DNA of 56,423 nucleotides from Geobacter sp. (GCA_003151775.1 PLYK01000050.1:5580-62002), one strand, 5' to 3'; positions 1 through 9,486 are shown, counted from the first letter of the stretch. The notes: generated by a model not told the origin, from the sequence alone. Made by a program: numbers and translations.

Positions 1-249
1 ATGATCATCGGCCAGCACGCCAAGGACAACGACCTGGACGTCAACCCCTGCAAGGGCAAGAAGCTGACCAACGTGCGCGCCTCGGGCACGGACGACGCTA
101 TAAAGCTGACGCCGCCGCGCCTCCTGACCCTGGAGCAGGCCCTGGAATTCATCGACGACGACGAGTTGGTGGAGGTCACCCCCCACTCGATCCGCCTGCG
201 CAAGAAGGAACTGGACCCGACCAAACGGAAGCGGGCCTCAAAAGGGTAA
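1..249 (+). CDS. typA: Translational GTPase TypA/BipA, C-terminal part (5'-truncated by the window edge)
   Basis: [47 protein letters not shown] is the conserved BipA C-terminus. Confidence 0.95.
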   Translation: MIIGQHAKDNDLDVNPCKGKKLTNVRASGTDDAIKLTPPRLLTLEQALEFIDDDELVEVTPHSIRLRKKELDPTKRKRASKG

Positions 250-274
250 GCGCCACTTATTTGGATGCTTAAAG

Positions 275-308
275 AAAAGGGATGGAATCGACGGATTCCA
301 TCCCTTTT
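275..308. terminator. Bidirectional intrinsic terminator
   Basis: AAAAGGGATGGAATC-gacg-GATTCCATCCCTTTT perfect hairpin between convergent genes. Confidence 0.85.
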
Positions 309-726
309 ATCGTGCCGTAAAACCATATTTCATGAGAATCGCCCGAAGATCCCCGCTATCAAACGGCTTGACAAGATAATCCGTACAGTCGCCATCAATA
401 AGAGCATTCATCATGTCGCTTGGCGAGTGGAGTGAGGTCGCCATGATGATGGTAGCCTTGTCGCATCCTGAAATGCCGGCATCGTTCTCCATGGCGCGCA
501 TCCGCTTCAAAGCTTCCTGGCCATCCATTTCAGGCATGACGACATCGAGAAATATGAGCGAAAATGGCATGCCGCCCTGTAAGGCATCCCTGAAATATTC
601 TGTGCCTTGAAGGCCGTTACATGCCTTGGTGATGTCCATAACGCCAAGGTCACGGAGTGTATTCTCCATAAATCGCAAAACAGCCATAGAATCATCGACA
701 ATCAGTGTTTTCGCTTCACGTTTCAT
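307..726 (-). CDS. Single-domain response regulator (receiver, CheY-like)
   Basis: LIVDD, LIFLDVVMPEMDG (phospho-Asp) and YLVKPF motifs; start taken at MKREAK after a GAGGGG RBS (ORF track starts at 747). Confidence 0.85.
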   Translation of the reverse strand: MKREAKTLIVDDSMAVLRFMENTLRDLGVMDITKACNGLQGTEYFRDALQGGMPFSLIFLDVVMPEMDGQEALKRMRAMENDAGISGCDKATIIMATSLHSPSDMMNALIDGDCTDYLVKPFDSGDLRAILMKYGFTAR

Positions 727-771
727 AGCTTCCCCTCTCGATGCCATAGGCAGATTCTATTCTTTGGTTTC

Positions 772-946
772 CTACCACAAACCAGCGACTTTACCGACTA
801 CTTCGATCAATTTGTGTGGACTAAATGGTTTTGTCAGCCAAGCTGTTGCTCCAGCTTCCATGCCTTTAATTTTGATCTCATCCTTGTTTCGGACGTCAGA
901 AATACAATTGGCGTGAATTTATAACCAGATGTTTGACGAATCTCCT
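772..946 (-). pseudogene. C-terminal remnant of a CheY-like receiver, frameshifted
   Basis: Manual translation: EIRQTSGYKFTPIVFLTSE, then a 1-nt frameshift, then KDEIKIKGMEAGATAWLTKPFSPHKLIEVVGKVAGLW*; no N-terminal half. Confidence 0.75.
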
Positions 947-959
947 ATTATGATTGTCA

Positions 960-3209
960 TCATGTTTTAGACGCTCTGGTACATCGGGTGCGATGGAATG
1001 CTAAGGCCTCTTCAACTGTGGCCAAGACAAACGCATCGTCCCAAGGTTTGGTCAGTAATTTGAAGACATTGCCGCGATTAACTGCATCGGTGATAGCGAA
1101 AAGGTCTGCTCTTCCGGTCAAACTTATTCGGACGACATCCGGATAAAGCCCCTTGACCAACTCCAGAAATTCGCTGCCGTTCATGACCGGCATCCACAGG
1201 TCACAGATGACCACGCCAATACGGTTTGTCGCCAGCAGTTCAAAGCCTTCTGCGGCGCTTGATGCGGCAAGTGAGATATATCCTTCCGCAGAAAACATTC
1301 TTTGCAGCGACGAGATTACATTCGGTTCATCATCTACTACAAGGATTGCCCATTCTCCATTATCTGTCTGACTGTTCAGAGCAGGGAGTTGACGGTTCTC
1401 TCGAAGCAGTCGGCCGAAATCTGTTGTTTTAATAGGTCTGCTGAAATAGTATCCTTGCATCTCGTCACAATTGTTTAAGCGAAGATAGTTCAACTGCGCG
1501 GCGGTTTCCACCCCTTCGGCGATCACCTTCAAACGCAGACTATGGGCCATTGCGATAACAGTTTTGATTATTACCGCGCAGTCAGGATCGTTAGTTATTC
1601 CTTTGACAAAGGACTGATCTATCTTCAATTTGTTGAAAGGAAAGCGTTTCAAATAGTTTAGGCTTGAATAACCGGTGCCGAAGTCATCCATGGAGAGACT
1701 GGTGCCCATCTCCTTCAATTCGTTCAGGATGGTGGTCACCCTGTCAATATTCTGCATGACCAGACTCTCGGTTATCTCCAATTCAAGATAACGCGGATCA
1801 AGACCTGACTCCCGCAACACGCGCTCCACGATACTGACAAAGTTTTTCTGGCGAAACTGAATCGCCGAGATATTGACCGATACCGGTAGAAATGGCAAAC
1901 CCGCCTCCTGCCACGCCCGATTCTGTGTACAGGCCGTTTGCAAAACCCACTCTCCTATAGGCTCGATCAGACCGGTCTCTTCCGCCAGGGGGATGAAATC
2001 ACTTGGGGTAATCAACTCCGACTCAGGGTTTTGCCATCGCACCAACGCCTCCATACCGGTAACCCGATTGGAACGCAGGCTCACTATCGGTTGATAACAA
2101 AGGAACAGTTCATCCCGCTCCAAAGCGCGCCGCAGCTGTCTTTCCATTGTCATCCGCGCCAGATAGCGGGCATTCATCTCACCCGTAAAAAAGCGAAAAG
2201 TATTACGCCCCTTTTCCTTGGCGCGATACATGGCGATATCGGCTTTCCTGATCAGTGTCTGCACGTCTTCCCCATCTCTGGGAGAAATGCTTATGCCGAT
2301 GCTGCATGTGACAACGAGTTCATGTTCTTTGATCTTGAGTGGCTGTGTGATGGCCGATTGGATTGAGCCGGCTAAGATGGCGGCAACCTCGGCCACATCC
2401 TGATGGGAAATAATAATGACGAATTCGTCACCCCCCAGACGTGCAACGGTGTCGCTCGCCCTTACACTCGCTCTGAGACGTTCCGCGATGGTCTTTAACA
2501 GTTCATCGCCGACATCATGCCCAAGACTGTCATTGATGTACTTGAAATTATCCAGGTCAATAAAAATGATCGCAATTTGCTGTAAATTGCGTTGCGATCT
2601 GAGCAGCTCCTGATGGATGCGGTCATTAAGGAGGTTACGGTTCGGCAGGCTGGTCAATCTGTCGTGGTTGGCTTGGTATTCCAACTGCTCTTCATAGTGC
2701 TTCCGCTCCGTCACTTCTTCAAAGGTCTCGATAACGGCCAGCAGATCCCCTCTGTTGTTACGTATAGGCGCCGCATTGAAAATGATGTATCGATCCGTGC
2801 CGTTCATGTTTTCATACCAGCCTTCGGCTTGCAACCCTTCGGGAATGAAATTCGATTTTCCGAAGACCGGATGACAGGCGGATGCTTGATCCAGCGAGCC
2901 GGCAATGACGATTTCGGCCAGAACAACTCGTTTGTTATTATAGAATCCCCTCCAGGCTTCATCTTTGCCGAGCATCAACTCGGCCTTGATGCCGGTCAGT
3001 TCTTCACAGGCTCGATTCCAGATAATAACTTGCCGTTCGGCATTAATGACAAAAGTGGGGACAGCACTGTTTTGCACCAGATTCTCGGCAAACTCCTTTT
3101 GTTCAGCCAAGGCCGCCGCTGCATGTTCGAGCTCGCTAATGTCTTGTAAAGGCCCCAATGGTATTCCTCCTTTATTTTGGATAGCTAGGGGGACAAGGAA
3201 AATCATCAA
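960..3209 (-). CDS. PAS-GGDEF-EAL-REC diguanylate cyclase/phosphodiesterase (N-terminus uncertain, possibly truncated)
   Basis: PAS segment, RASD I-site plus GGDEF, EAL plus DDFGTGYSS, C-terminal receiver (ILVVDDE...VICDLWMP). Confidence 0.9.
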   Translation of the reverse strand: MMIFLVPLAIQNKGGIPLGPLQDISELEHAAAALAEQKEFAENLVQNSAVPTFVINAERQVIIWNRACEELTGIKAELMLGKDEAWRGFYNNKRVVLAEIVIAGSLDQASACHPVFGKSNFIPEGLQAEGWYENMNGTDRYIIFNAAPIRNNRGDLLAVIETFEEVTERKHYEEQLEYQANHDRLTSLPNRNLLNDRIHQELLRSQRNLQQIAIIFIDLDNFKYINDSLGHDVGDELLKTIAERLRASVRASDTVARLGGDEFVIIISHQDVAEVAAILAGSIQSAITQPLKIKEHELVVTCSIGISISPRDGEDVQTLIRKADIAMYRAKEKGRNTFRFFTGEMNARYLARMTMERQLRRALERDELFLCYQPIVSLRSNRVTGMEALVRWQNPESELITPSDFIPLAEETGLIEPIGEWVLQTACTQNRAWQEAGLPFLPVSVNISAIQFRQKNFVSIVERVLRESGLDPRYLELEITESLVMQNIDRVTTILNELKEMGTSLSMDDFGTGYSSLNYLKRFPFNKLKIDQSFVKGITNDPDCAVIIKTVIAMAHSLRLKVIAEGVETAAQLNYLRLNNCDEMQGYYFSRPIKTTDFGRLLRENRQLPALNSQTDNGEWAILVVDDEPNVISSLQRMFSAEGYISLAASSAAEGFELLATNRIGVVICDLWMPVMNGSEFLELVKGLYPDVVRISLTGRADLFAITDAVNRGNVFKLLTKPWDDAFVLATVEEALAFHRTRCTRASKT

Positions 3210-3238
3210 AGAAACTTACTGAATCTTATTTCTATTCT

Positions 3239-3477
3239 CACTGTTGTCCCATAATTTGACTGAATAAAGAGGAGGCCGGGGTAGCTTAAATCAAGTGGTT
3301 GGTTTTATCAAGAGATCTGAATTTGAATCCCTCGCCCGCAAGCATCATGTCGGGCAAAAATATCGTTCTTTCAACCGCAGGTCGCAGTTCATGAGCATTA
3401 TAGTCTGTCTGTTTTCCGGCAGAAAAAGACTGCGTGATTCATTCAAGACTTTTACTTCCAGTAGGGGTAACACCTAG
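3239..3477 (+). mobile_element. Remnant of an IS4-family (DUF4372-type) element: putative left end plus transposase N-terminal fragment
   Basis: LNQVVGFIKRSEFESLARKHHVGQKYRSFNRRSQF...FSGRKRLRD resembles the DUF4372 N-terminus; CACTGTTGTCCCA at 3239 resembles an IS end; no DDE domain follows. Confidence 0.65.
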
Positions 3478-3569
3478 AAACAGGACACACGCATTGTCGA
3501 GTTCAAACCACTGTGCCTATAACTTAGTCATGGGCATCTCCGCCCCATGCCCCCTGAACAGCACAGGCA

Positions 3570-3586
3570 TGCACAAAAAAACAGCA
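3570..3586. promoter_or_regulatory. Candidate NtrC-type enhancer-binding site upstream of the nifEN sigma54 promoter
   Basis: TGCACAAAAAAACAGCA (TGC-N11-GCA), about 75 bp upstream of the -24 box. Confidence 0.35.
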
Positions 3587-3658
3587 CCCCCATCTCGCCG
3601 AAGCCGGCAACATACCACTCCAAGAGCATAACCATCTATAATTATTAGACCAATTAGT

Positions 3659-3675
3659 TTGGCACATAGCATGCA
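3659..3675 (+). promoter_or_regulatory. Sigma54 (-24/-12) promoter for nifEN
   Basis: TTGGCACATAGCATGCA with exact GG-N10-GC spacing upstream of a nif operon. Confidence 0.8.
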
Positions 3676-3719
3676 AAGTACCTGCATACCTGACTGAACC
3701 GGCATCTGTAACTGAAACA

Positions 3720-3775
3720 GGAAAGATCCATGGCAAAGGCGCCGACCATTCATTGGGATGGAGCGCCTTTTTTTT
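3720..3775 (+). promoter_or_regulatory. ANTAR-type antitermination leader (hexaloop hairpin overlapping an intrinsic terminator)
   Basis: GGC-AAAGGC-GCC (loop with A1 and G4) at 3732-3743 overlaps the 5' arm of terminator AAAGGCGC...GCGCCTTTTTTTT in the nifEN 5' UTR. Confidence 0.7.
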
Positions 3776-3820
3776 ATTGGGGCGCCCACAGGCAAAACCC
3801 ATAGGAAGGTGAGGAACATC

Positions 3821-6580
3821 ATGCCAAAACCCGACTGGTACGATACAACCGACTGCGAAACCAACGACAAGGGCGCGCCGAAGTTCTGCAAGAAATCCGA
3901 ACCCGGCGAAGGCACCGAGCGCTCCTGCGCCTTTGACGGCGCCCGCGTCGTATTGATGCCGATCACCGACGTGATCCATCTGGTACACGGTCCCATCGCC
4001 TGCGCCGGCAACTCCTGGGATAACCGCGGCGCCCGCTCCTCGGGGTCGCAACTCTACCGGCGCGGCTTCACGACCGAGATGCTGGAGAACGACGTCATAT
4101 TCGGCGGCGAAAAGAAGCTTTACAAGGCCATCCTCGATCTGGCGGAGCGTTACCGGGGACAGGCCAGCGCCATCTTCGTCTATGCCACCTGCGTGACTGC
4201 CATGACCGGCGACGATGTGGAGACGGTCTGCAAGGCCGCCTCGGAAAAGATCTCCATCCCGATCATCCCGGTCAACACCCCCGGCTTTATCGGCGACAAG
4301 AACATCGGCAACCGCCTGGCCGGCGAAATCCTGTTCAAGCACGTGATCGGCACGGCCGAGCCGCAGGTTTTGGGCGACTACCCCATCAATCTGATCGGCG
4401 AGTACAACATCGCCGGCGACCTGTGGGGCATGCTGCCGCTCTTCAACCGGCTGGGTATCCAGGTCCTTTCCTGTTTCAGCGGGGACGCCAAATTCGAGGA
4501 GTTGCGCTACGCCCACCGGGCCAAGCTGAACATCATCATCTGCTCCAAGTCGCTGACCAACCTGGCCAAGAAGATGCAAAAAACCTACGGCATGCCCTAC
4601 CTGGAAGAGTCTTTTTACGGCATGACCGATACGGCCAAGGCGCTCAGGGACATTGCCCGCGAACTGGACAACACCATCAACGGCCTGGAGAAACGGATCA
4701 TGCAGGACCGGGTGGAGCAACTCCTGGCCGAGGAGGAGGAGTCGTGCCGCCGGCGCATTGCCCCCTATCGCGCCCGGCTGGAGGGGAAACGGGCCGTGCT
4801 GTTCACCGGCGGCGTCAAGACCTGGTCCATGGTCAACTCCCTGCGGGAGCTGGGGGTGGAGATACTGGCGGCCGGCACCCAGAACTCGACCCTGGAAGAC
4901 TTCTATCGTATGAAGGCGCTGATGCACAAGGACGCCAAGATCATCGAGGACACCTCCACGGCCGGCCTCTTGGCGGTCATGGCCGAGAAGATGCCGGACC
5001 TGATCGTGGCGGGCGGCAAGACCAAGTTCCTGGCGCTCAAGACCAAGACCCCGTTTCTGGACATCAACCATGGCCGTACCCATCCCTACGCCGGTTACGA
5101 GGGGATGGTGACCTTTGCCCGCCAGCTCGACCTGACGGTCAACAACCCGATCTGGCCGGTTGTGAACGCCCCTGCGCCGTGGGAGAAGAGCCACGGCCAG
5201 CTTGCCGCCAATGCCGCTGCGGCGGCGGGTCACGCCGCTGCGTTCCTGGCCGAGGACCTCTCGGCCTCGCGGGTCAAGGTGTCCACCAAGTGCGCCACGG
5301 TCAACCCGCAGAAGAACTCCCCAGCCCTGGGCGCAACCATGGCCTACCTGGGGATCGACAACATGCTGGGACTGTTGCACGGCGCCCAAGGATGCTCCAC
5401 CTTCATCCGCCTGCAACTGTCGCGGCATTACAAGGAATCCATCGCCCTCAACTGCACCGCCATGAGCGAGGATACGGCCATCTTCGGCGGCTGGGAGAAC
5501 CTCAAGAAGGGGATCAAGCGGGTGATCGACAAATTCAAGCCCGAGATTGTCGGCATCATGACCTCGGGTTTGACCGAAACCATGGGCGACGACGTGCAGA
5601 GCGCCATCGTCCATTTCCGCCAGGAAAACCCCGAGTATGCCGGCGTGCCGATTGTGTGGGCATCCACCCCTGATTACTGCGGCTCCTTGCAGGAAGGATA
5701 CGCCGCCACCGTTGAAGCAATCGTCGCCACCCTGCCGGAAGGTGGCCCGGCCGTCGAGAAACAGGTCAACCTGCTGCCGGGCGCACACCTCACGCCCTCT
5801 GACGTGGAAGAGATCAAGGAGTTGGTCGAATCCTTCGGCCTGACCGTTCTGACCATCCCGGACATCGCCAATGCCATGGACGGGCACGTTGACGATGTGG
5901 TTTCGCCGCTCTCCACCGGCGGCATTACGGTTGATGATCTCCGCAGGGCGGGACGGAGCGTGGCAACGCTGTACATCGGCGACTCCCTGGCCAAGGCAGG
6001 AATGAAACTGCATGAGAAATTCGGCATCCGGGCCTACGGATTCAACTCCCTGACCGGCCTGGCCGAGACCGACCTCTTCATGGAGACGCTCAGCGTAATC
6101 GCCGGGCTCCCCGTGCCGGAAAAACACCGCCGCTGGCGGAGCCGCCTGATGGACGCCATGCTGGACAGCCACTACCAGTTCGGCACAAAGAAGGTGGCCC
6201 TTGCCTTGGAGTCGGACAACCTCAAGGGGCTGGCAACCTTCCTGCACGGCATGGGATGCGAGATCCAGGCGGCCCTCAGCGCCACGCGCACGCGGGGCCT
6301 GGACGGCCTGCCGAGCGAGAATGTCTTTGTCGGCGACCTGGAAGACCTGGAAGAGGCAGCCCTGGGTGTCGATCTGCTGGTGGCCAACTCCAACGGACGC
6401 CAGGCAGCCGGCAAGCTCAAGATCGGAGCGCACCTGCGGGCAGGATTGCCGGTCTTTGATCGCCTGGGCGCCCACCAGAAGGTATGGGTCGGCTACCGGG
6501 GGACGATGAACCTGGTCTTCGAGGTGGCCAACCTGTTCCAGGCCAATGCCAAGGAAGCGCAGAAGCTGGCGCACAACTGA
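3821..6580 (+). CDS. nifEN: Fused nitrogenase FeMo-cofactor scaffold NifEN
   Basis: NifE motifs (CAFDGA, HGPIAC, YATCV, GEYNIAG), then NifN (VNPQKNSPALGA, HGAQGCS); ATG after a GAGG RBS. Confidence 0.95.
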   Translation: MPKPDWYDTTDCETNDKGAPKFCKKSEPGEGTERSCAFDGARVVLMPITDVIHLVHGPIACAGNSWDNRGARSSGSQLYRRGFTTEMLENDVIFGGEKKLYKAILDLAERYRGQASAIFVYATCVTAMTGDDVETVCKAASEKISIPIIPVNTPGFIGDKNIGNRLAGEILFKHVIGTAEPQVLGDYPINLIGEYNIAGDLWGMLPLFNRLGIQVLSCFSGDAKFEELRYAHRAKLNIIICSKSLTNLAKKMQKTYGMPYLEESFYGMTDTAKALRDIARELDNTINGLEKRIMQDRVEQLLAEEEESCRRRIAPYRARLEGKRAVLFTGGVKTWSMVNSLRELGVEILAAGTQNSTLEDFYRMKALMHKDAKIIEDTSTAGLLAVMAEKMPDLIVAGGKTKFLALKTKTPFLDINHGRTHPYAGYEGMVTFARQLDLTVNNPIWPVVNAPAPWEKSHGQLAANAAAAAGHAAAFLAEDLSASRVKVSTKCATVNPQKNSPALGATMAYLGIDNMLGLLHGAQGCSTFIRLQLSRHYKESIALNCTAMSEDTAIFGGWENLKKGIKRVIDKFKPEIVGIMTSGLTETMGDDVQSAIVHFRQENPEYAGVPIVWASTPDYCGSLQEGYAATVEAIVATLPEGGPAVEKQVNLLPGAHLTPSDVEEIKELVESFGLTVLTIPDIANAMDGHVDDVVSPLSTGGITVDDLRRAGRSVATLYIGDSLAKAGMKLHEKFGIRAYGFNSLTGLAETDLFMETLSVIAGLPVPEKHRRWRSRLMDAMLDSHYQFGTKKVALALESDNLKGLATFLHGMGCEIQAALSATRTRGLDGLPSENVFVGDLEDLEEAALGVDLLVANSNGRQAAGKLKIGAHLRAGLPVFDRLGAHQKVWVGYRGTMNLVFEVANLFQANAKEAQKLAHN

Positions 6581-6626
6581 AGGGTTATTTCGCTATAGAG
6601 CACCTGTGGCAAAAAAGGAGTTGACC

Positions 6627-7013
6627 ATGAAAATAGCATTTACCACCAAAACCGGCGAGATGATTGATCAGCACTTCGGCCAGTGTCAGAGTTTCCACAT
6701 CTGGGAGGTCGGCCCGGACGAAGCGGAATTCCTCACGACCAAAAGCGCCATTACAACGGCCGAAGACGAAGAAGACCGTATTCAGGCCAGGGCCACTGCA
6801 ATCGCCGACTGCGCCATCGTCTATACCATGCAGATCGGCGGCCCGGCGGCTGCCAAGCTGATCGCCCAAAAGATCCACCCCATGAAGACCGGTTCGGAGG
6901 TAAGCCTGAAGGAGACCGTCGAACGGCTCCAGGAAGTGTTGCGCGGCAACCCGCCGCCATGGCTCAGAAAGGCAATGAACAAGGAACAGGCCACATCGTT
7001 TTTAGAGGATTGA
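6627..7013 (+). CDS. nifX: Nitrogen fixation protein NifX
   Basis: MKIAFTT...IDQHFG...IGGPAAAKL...GNPPPWLRKAM; follows nifEN; AGGAG RBS. Confidence 0.9.
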   Translation: MKIAFTTKTGEMIDQHFGQCQSFHIWEVGPDEAEFLTTKSAITTAEDEEDRIQARATAIADCAIVYTMQIGGPAAAKLIAQKIHPMKTGSEVSLKETVERLQEVLRGNPPPWLRKAMNKEQATSFLED

Positions 7014-7054
7014 TGCGCTACACGCGCCACACAACCATAACGGAGGAAAGAATC

Positions 7055-7318
7055 ATGGCTTACATCACTGCGCTGACAAAAAACAAACAAGAATGGACCC
7101 CCCAATTCATCAAGTCCATTGACGAAGAGCTCTGTATCGGTTGCGGCCGCTGCTTCAAGGTCTGCGCCCACGAAGTCCTGGCGTTCGAGGAGTTGGACGA
7201 GGACGATTCGGCCAAGATGTTCATGAAAATTGCGGACGACGGCAACTGCATCGGCTGCCAGGCCTGCGGCCGTACCTGCTCGAAAAAATGTTTCTCCTTT
7301 GAACCGGTTGTACTGTAG
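7055..7318 (+). CDS. fdxB: Nif-specific 2[4Fe-4S] ferredoxin III
   Basis: WTPQFI...CIGCGRCFKVC and CIGCQACGRTC; GGAGG RBS. Confidence 0.85.
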   Translation: MAYITALTKNKQEWTPQFIKSIDEELCIGCGRCFKVCAHEVLAFEELDEDDSAKMFMKIADDGNCIGCQACGRTCSKKCFSFEPVVL

Positions 7319-7327
7319 AAGGTTGGT

Positions 7328-7406
7328 CTGGAGTTTGGACATTTTCAAAGGTTCTAAAAAGTCCCCCCGCCCCTTGCGGGAGGGGGAGCAAATGTCCAAA
7401 CTCCAG
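7328..7406. mobile_element. 79-bp MITE-like element with perfect 17-bp TIRs
   Basis: CTGGAGTTTGGACATTT (7328-7344) and AAATGTCCAAACTCCAG (7390-7406) enclose a C/G-rich palindrome. Confidence 0.75.
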
Positions 7407-7420
7407 GCAAGGGAGGTGTT

Positions 7421-7750
7421 ATGCTCATCGCGGTTGCATCCAAGGACGGCAGGGAAATCAACCAGCATTTCGGACATGCCGAGCGTTTCCTGATTTACGA
7501 CGTTGGCCAAAACGAAGCCAGGCTGGTGGATGAGAAGAAGGTGGAGCGCTACTGCAGCTTTAACCCGGATAACCCGTTGCGCGGCCATGCCCTGAAGGGG
7601 ATTGCCGATGCCTTGCAGGGATGCCGGGCGGTGGTGACGGCCCAGATGGGCGAACACCCCCAGGGGGAACTGGAAAAACTGGGGATTGAGCCATTCGTGG
7701 TATCAGGGCCGATTAAAGCCACGCTTATGGAACTGGTAAAGATGCTGTAA
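7421..7750 (+). CDS. NifB/NifX/NifY-family FeMo-cofactor-binding protein
   Basis: MLIAVASKDGREINQHFGHAERF...RYC motif. Confidence 0.85.
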   Translation: MLIAVASKDGREINQHFGHAERFLIYDVGQNEARLVDEKKVERYCSFNPDNPLRGHALKGIADALQGCRAVVTAQMGEHPQGELEKLGIEPFVVSGPIKATLMELVKML

Positions 7751-7753
7751 TTA

Positions 7754-7950
7754 GAGGCTCTTGCAAAACTCTTGCAAATTGACTCCCCCTCCCTTGACGG
7801 GCCTGCGCGCTAAAGCGCTTCGGCGCGCAAGCGGGAGGGGGCTGGGGGGTGGGTGAAGCTGCAACATGCAGATTTCACGGCGAACTTCCCCCCACCCTAA
7901 CCCTCCCCCGCAAGGGGGGAGGGGACTTTTTAGACTTTTGCAAGAGACTC
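7754..7950. mobile_element. 197-bp MITE-like element with 15-bp TIRs and internal C/G palindromes
   Basis: GAGGCTCTTGCAAAA and TTTTGCAAGAGACTC (14/15 match); internal CCCCCTCCC...GGGAGGGGG hairpins. Confidence 0.7.
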
Positions 7951-8002
7951 ATTAGTTTTCATCCGTTCGACTGCGCACCCTTTCACAATGAGGTGATAAC
8001 CT

Positions 8003-8800
8003 GTGGAAAACGGTTCCTTTAATTATTGCAACCTGCCCCCGTGGGTTATCGCTTCGCGCCATTTCAACGACAATCCCCAGCCGTTGGAGATTCAGGGCGT
8101 CAAGGAGGCCAACCGCTTCCTGTTCGGGAAGCTGGACGCCATTCCCTCCCAGGTAGAGCGCGCCCTGATCTTCAACAATTACATGTCGGTCAAGTTCCAG
8201 CTCCACCATTGGCAGGACCAGGCCACCGACACGGCCCGCAAAAGCATCAAGAACAGCTATCTGCGCTTCCTGCGCGGCTGGATGATGGATTCAAACTCTC
8301 GTGAAGGAGCGGTACTCAAACGCTGGGTCGAAAGCCGCATCGGCATCGCTCCCACCTTCCACCGCGCCAGGATTTCAAACATCCACAGCGAGGCATACTT
8401 CGAATACTCGGTGGATGTCATGAAGGGGAGCGCCCGCACCAACGCCATTCAATCACAACTCGACCTGCTCTACGAATACTGCCAGTACGAACTGCTCCGA
8501 AAGTATCCGGCAACGCAAAACATTCTTCTCTACCGCGGCACCTACGATGCAAGCGAACACAGCGTGCTTGAGCAGATCGGCAAGCGCGAGCAGGTCGTCC
8601 GCCTGAACAACCTGGTTTCGTTCACCTCGGACGAGGAGCGGGCCTGGGAGTTCGGCTCCACCGTGTGGCAGGTTAACGTGCCTCTCAGCAAGATCTTTTT
8701 TTACAACGACCTGCTCCCCGGCAGCATCATGAAAGGGGAGGGAGAGTACCTGGTCATCGGCGGCGAATACCGGGTGCGCCAGGTGATGTGCACCCTCTAG
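8003..8800 (+). CDS. draT: NAD(+)-dinitrogen-reductase ADP-ribosyltransferase
   Basis: CNLPPWVIAS, YLRFLRGWMMDSNSREGAVLKRWVESR, LNNLVSFTS, GEGEYLVIGG; nif context. Confidence 0.92.
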   Translation: MENGSFNYCNLPPWVIASRHFNDNPQPLEIQGVKEANRFLFGKLDAIPSQVERALIFNNYMSVKFQLHHWQDQATDTARKSIKNSYLRFLRGWMMDSNSREGAVLKRWVESRIGIAPTFHRARISNIHSEAYFEYSVDVMKGSARTNAIQSQLDLLYEYCQYELLRKYPATQNILLYRGTYDASEHSVLEQIGKREQVVRLNNLVSFTSDEERAWEFGSTVWQVNVPLSKIFFYNDLLPGSIMKGEGEYLVIGGEYRVRQVMCTL

Positions 8801-9228
8801 CGCCTCAACAGCATCTCCGCAACCTTCCCCGCCACCTCCCCCGTCAACACGGGACAAACCCCCTTGTCATTGCCGGCGCGGATGGTCTTGCAGCAGGTTA
8901 CGCCGTACTTTCCCTTGAACCAGGCATGCAGATCCCGGGTAAGACGGGTGATCAGCTTCTTGTCTTCCCTCAACACCAACCCCAGCCCCACGGTGGCGCC
9001 GGAAACGGCGCCGCACATGCAGCCGGAGCCGGAGCCGCCGCCGAAACCGCTGGCCATCTGCACCACCTCCTCGGGCAGGTCGGGACGGAAATGGTTCCTG
9101 ACCACTGCCAACACCGCCTCGGCGCAATGATATCTTCCCGAGCGGTACAACTCCTCGGCCTCGATCCGGCACTGCTCGGCCATCTCCATCCCTTCCAATG
9201 ACGGTTGCGCGTTTTTCGACCGGAACAT
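8797..9228 (-). CDS. C_GCAxxG_C_C family putative redox protein
   Basis: YHCAEAV, GFGGG, CMCGAVSG, TCC, VC pattern. Confidence 0.85.
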   Translation of the reverse strand: MFRSKNAQPSLEGMEMAEQCRIEAEELYRSGRYHCAEAVLAVVRNHFRPDLPEEVVQMASGFGGGSGSGCMCGAVSGATVGLGLVLREDKKLITRLTRDLHAWFKGKYGVTCCKTIRAGNDKGVCPVLTGEVAGKVAEMLLRR

Positions 9229-9414
9229 GAAACCCTCTTTCTTACAGGGATGAAGGGGATAAACAGGATAAAAGCGTTATACTTATCATGAACGCCTGTT
9301 TCACCGAACACTCCCTGAAATGAGGTGACATATGTAAAACAATATATATTGTCTTCCGAAAAGTCAAGGGAAAGGTCGTGAAGAAGTGCTGTCCCCCATG
9401 GGAGTGGCAGCCTG

Positions 9415-9451
9415 CAAAAAAATACGCCGGGATGCGGTAAGCATCCCGGCG
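9415..9451 (-). terminator. Intrinsic terminator downstream of pal
   Basis: CGCCGGGATGC-ttacc-GCATCCCGGCG followed by a T-run on the minus strand. Confidence 0.75.
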
Positions 9452-9486
9452 CATATCATCCGGCGCACATGCAGCAGTTAACCTGG

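Noticed and set aside
3524-6574. 1016-aa minus-strand ORF
   Set aside because: Antisense shadow of GC-rich nifEN with no recognisable motifs. The same applies to 20952-23084, 26026-28269, 33467-35101, 37775-38992 and 40475-42235.
3821-6580. nifE-nifN fusion as a novelty
   Set aside because: The fusion and the nifEN-nifX-ferredoxin-draT order are already known in Geobacter
9230-9340. Possible riboswitch upstream of the C_GCAxxG_C_C gene
   Set aside because: No recognisable aptamer consensus
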